A stretch of 64,000 nt of DNA from Clostridia bacterium (GTDB taxonomy: Bacteria > Bacillota > Clostridia > Oscillospirales > CAG-272): contig JAFWYJ010000040.1 in assembly GCA_017517745.1 (NCBI GenBank), forward strand, positions 18,453 through 82,452, in the 5' to 3' direction. A model generated the notes under the pieces. The model was given only the letters and a program-made list of their open reading frames with translations. It ran no database searches and had not been told where the DNA came from. Below are positions 63,902 through 64,000 of the stretch, piece by piece. Positions within the stretch are counted from its first letter, which is position 1; every line of letters begins with the position of its first letter. Position numbers and translations under genes: made by a program.

Positions 63902-64000
63902 TCAATACACCAACAACTCTTTTTCCGAGAAGGGGAGCTTTTGTGAGCCGACGAGCTGATAGGTCTCGTGTCCCTTTCCGGCAAGCACGAGAAGGTCTCC
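63902..64000 (-). CDS. C-terminal end of a Mur ligase family protein (MurE-like); partial, continues beyond the window
   Basis: The reverse strand translates to GDLLVLAGKGHETYQLVGSQKLPFSEKELLVY-stop. AGKGHE-YQ is the conserved Mur-ligase C-terminal motif. Confidence 0.6.
   Translation of the reverse strand, partial: GDLLVLAGKGHETYQLVGSQKLPFSEKELLVY

Overview
The window looks like a Firmicutes/Clostridia chromosome: about 55% G+C by eye, strong GC3 codon bias, gene content including hisZ, plsY, a YerC/TrpR-like gene and PHP-type histidinol phosphatase. All calls come from reading the ORF track and the DNA; no searches were run. No rRNA, tRNA, CRISPR array, integrase or transposase was seen.

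**1. Bases 1-19,860: the main item.** This is one tightly packed, same-strand operon of at least 16 genes, and its 5' end lies outside the window. None of the genes belongs to a housekeeping pathway. In order it encodes:
- two non-canonical Hsp70 paralogs, the second fused to a vWA domain with an intact MIDAS motif
- a 1045-aa protein with a J-like domain lacking HPD, a double zinc ribbon and FN3-like domains
- a soluble ATPase resembling a type IV coupling protein, followed by a paralog with dead Walker motifs
- two tandem hyper-charged paralogs
- two zinc-ribbon TRAFAC GTPases, one soluble and one membrane-anchored, flanking an 895-aa GAP1-like protein
- a transglutaminase-like cysteine peptidase
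- several membrane or small proteins

I read it as an uncharacterised multi-NTPase candidate conflict/defence or membrane-remodelling system.

**2. The remaining ~44 kb is mostly housekeeping.**
- Cell envelope and lipid: dacB-like carboxypeptidase, plsY, an O-antigen-ligase-like protein, a flippase, and a partial Mur ligase at the right edge
- Central and sugar metabolism: pgi, an orphan rhaA, an aldo/keto reductase operon
- Histidine: a complete 10-gene his operon preceded by a translationally coupled YerC/HisR-like regulator
- DNA, RNA and translation: a small P-loop gene with topB, prfC, rimM-trmD, uvrC-rsmD-coaD
- Transport and secretion: three ABC transporter genes, yajC, a monocistronic HPr

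**3. Non-genic signals.**
- a multi-copy GC-rich palindromic repeat family at gene 3' ends, showing compensatory base changes
- a low-G+C islet carrying an XRE regulator next to a 135-bp inverted-repeat element
- several consensus sigma-A promoters and intrinsic terminators
- two candidate homopolymer frameshifts
- many very long antisense ORFs, which I reject as codon-bias artefacts
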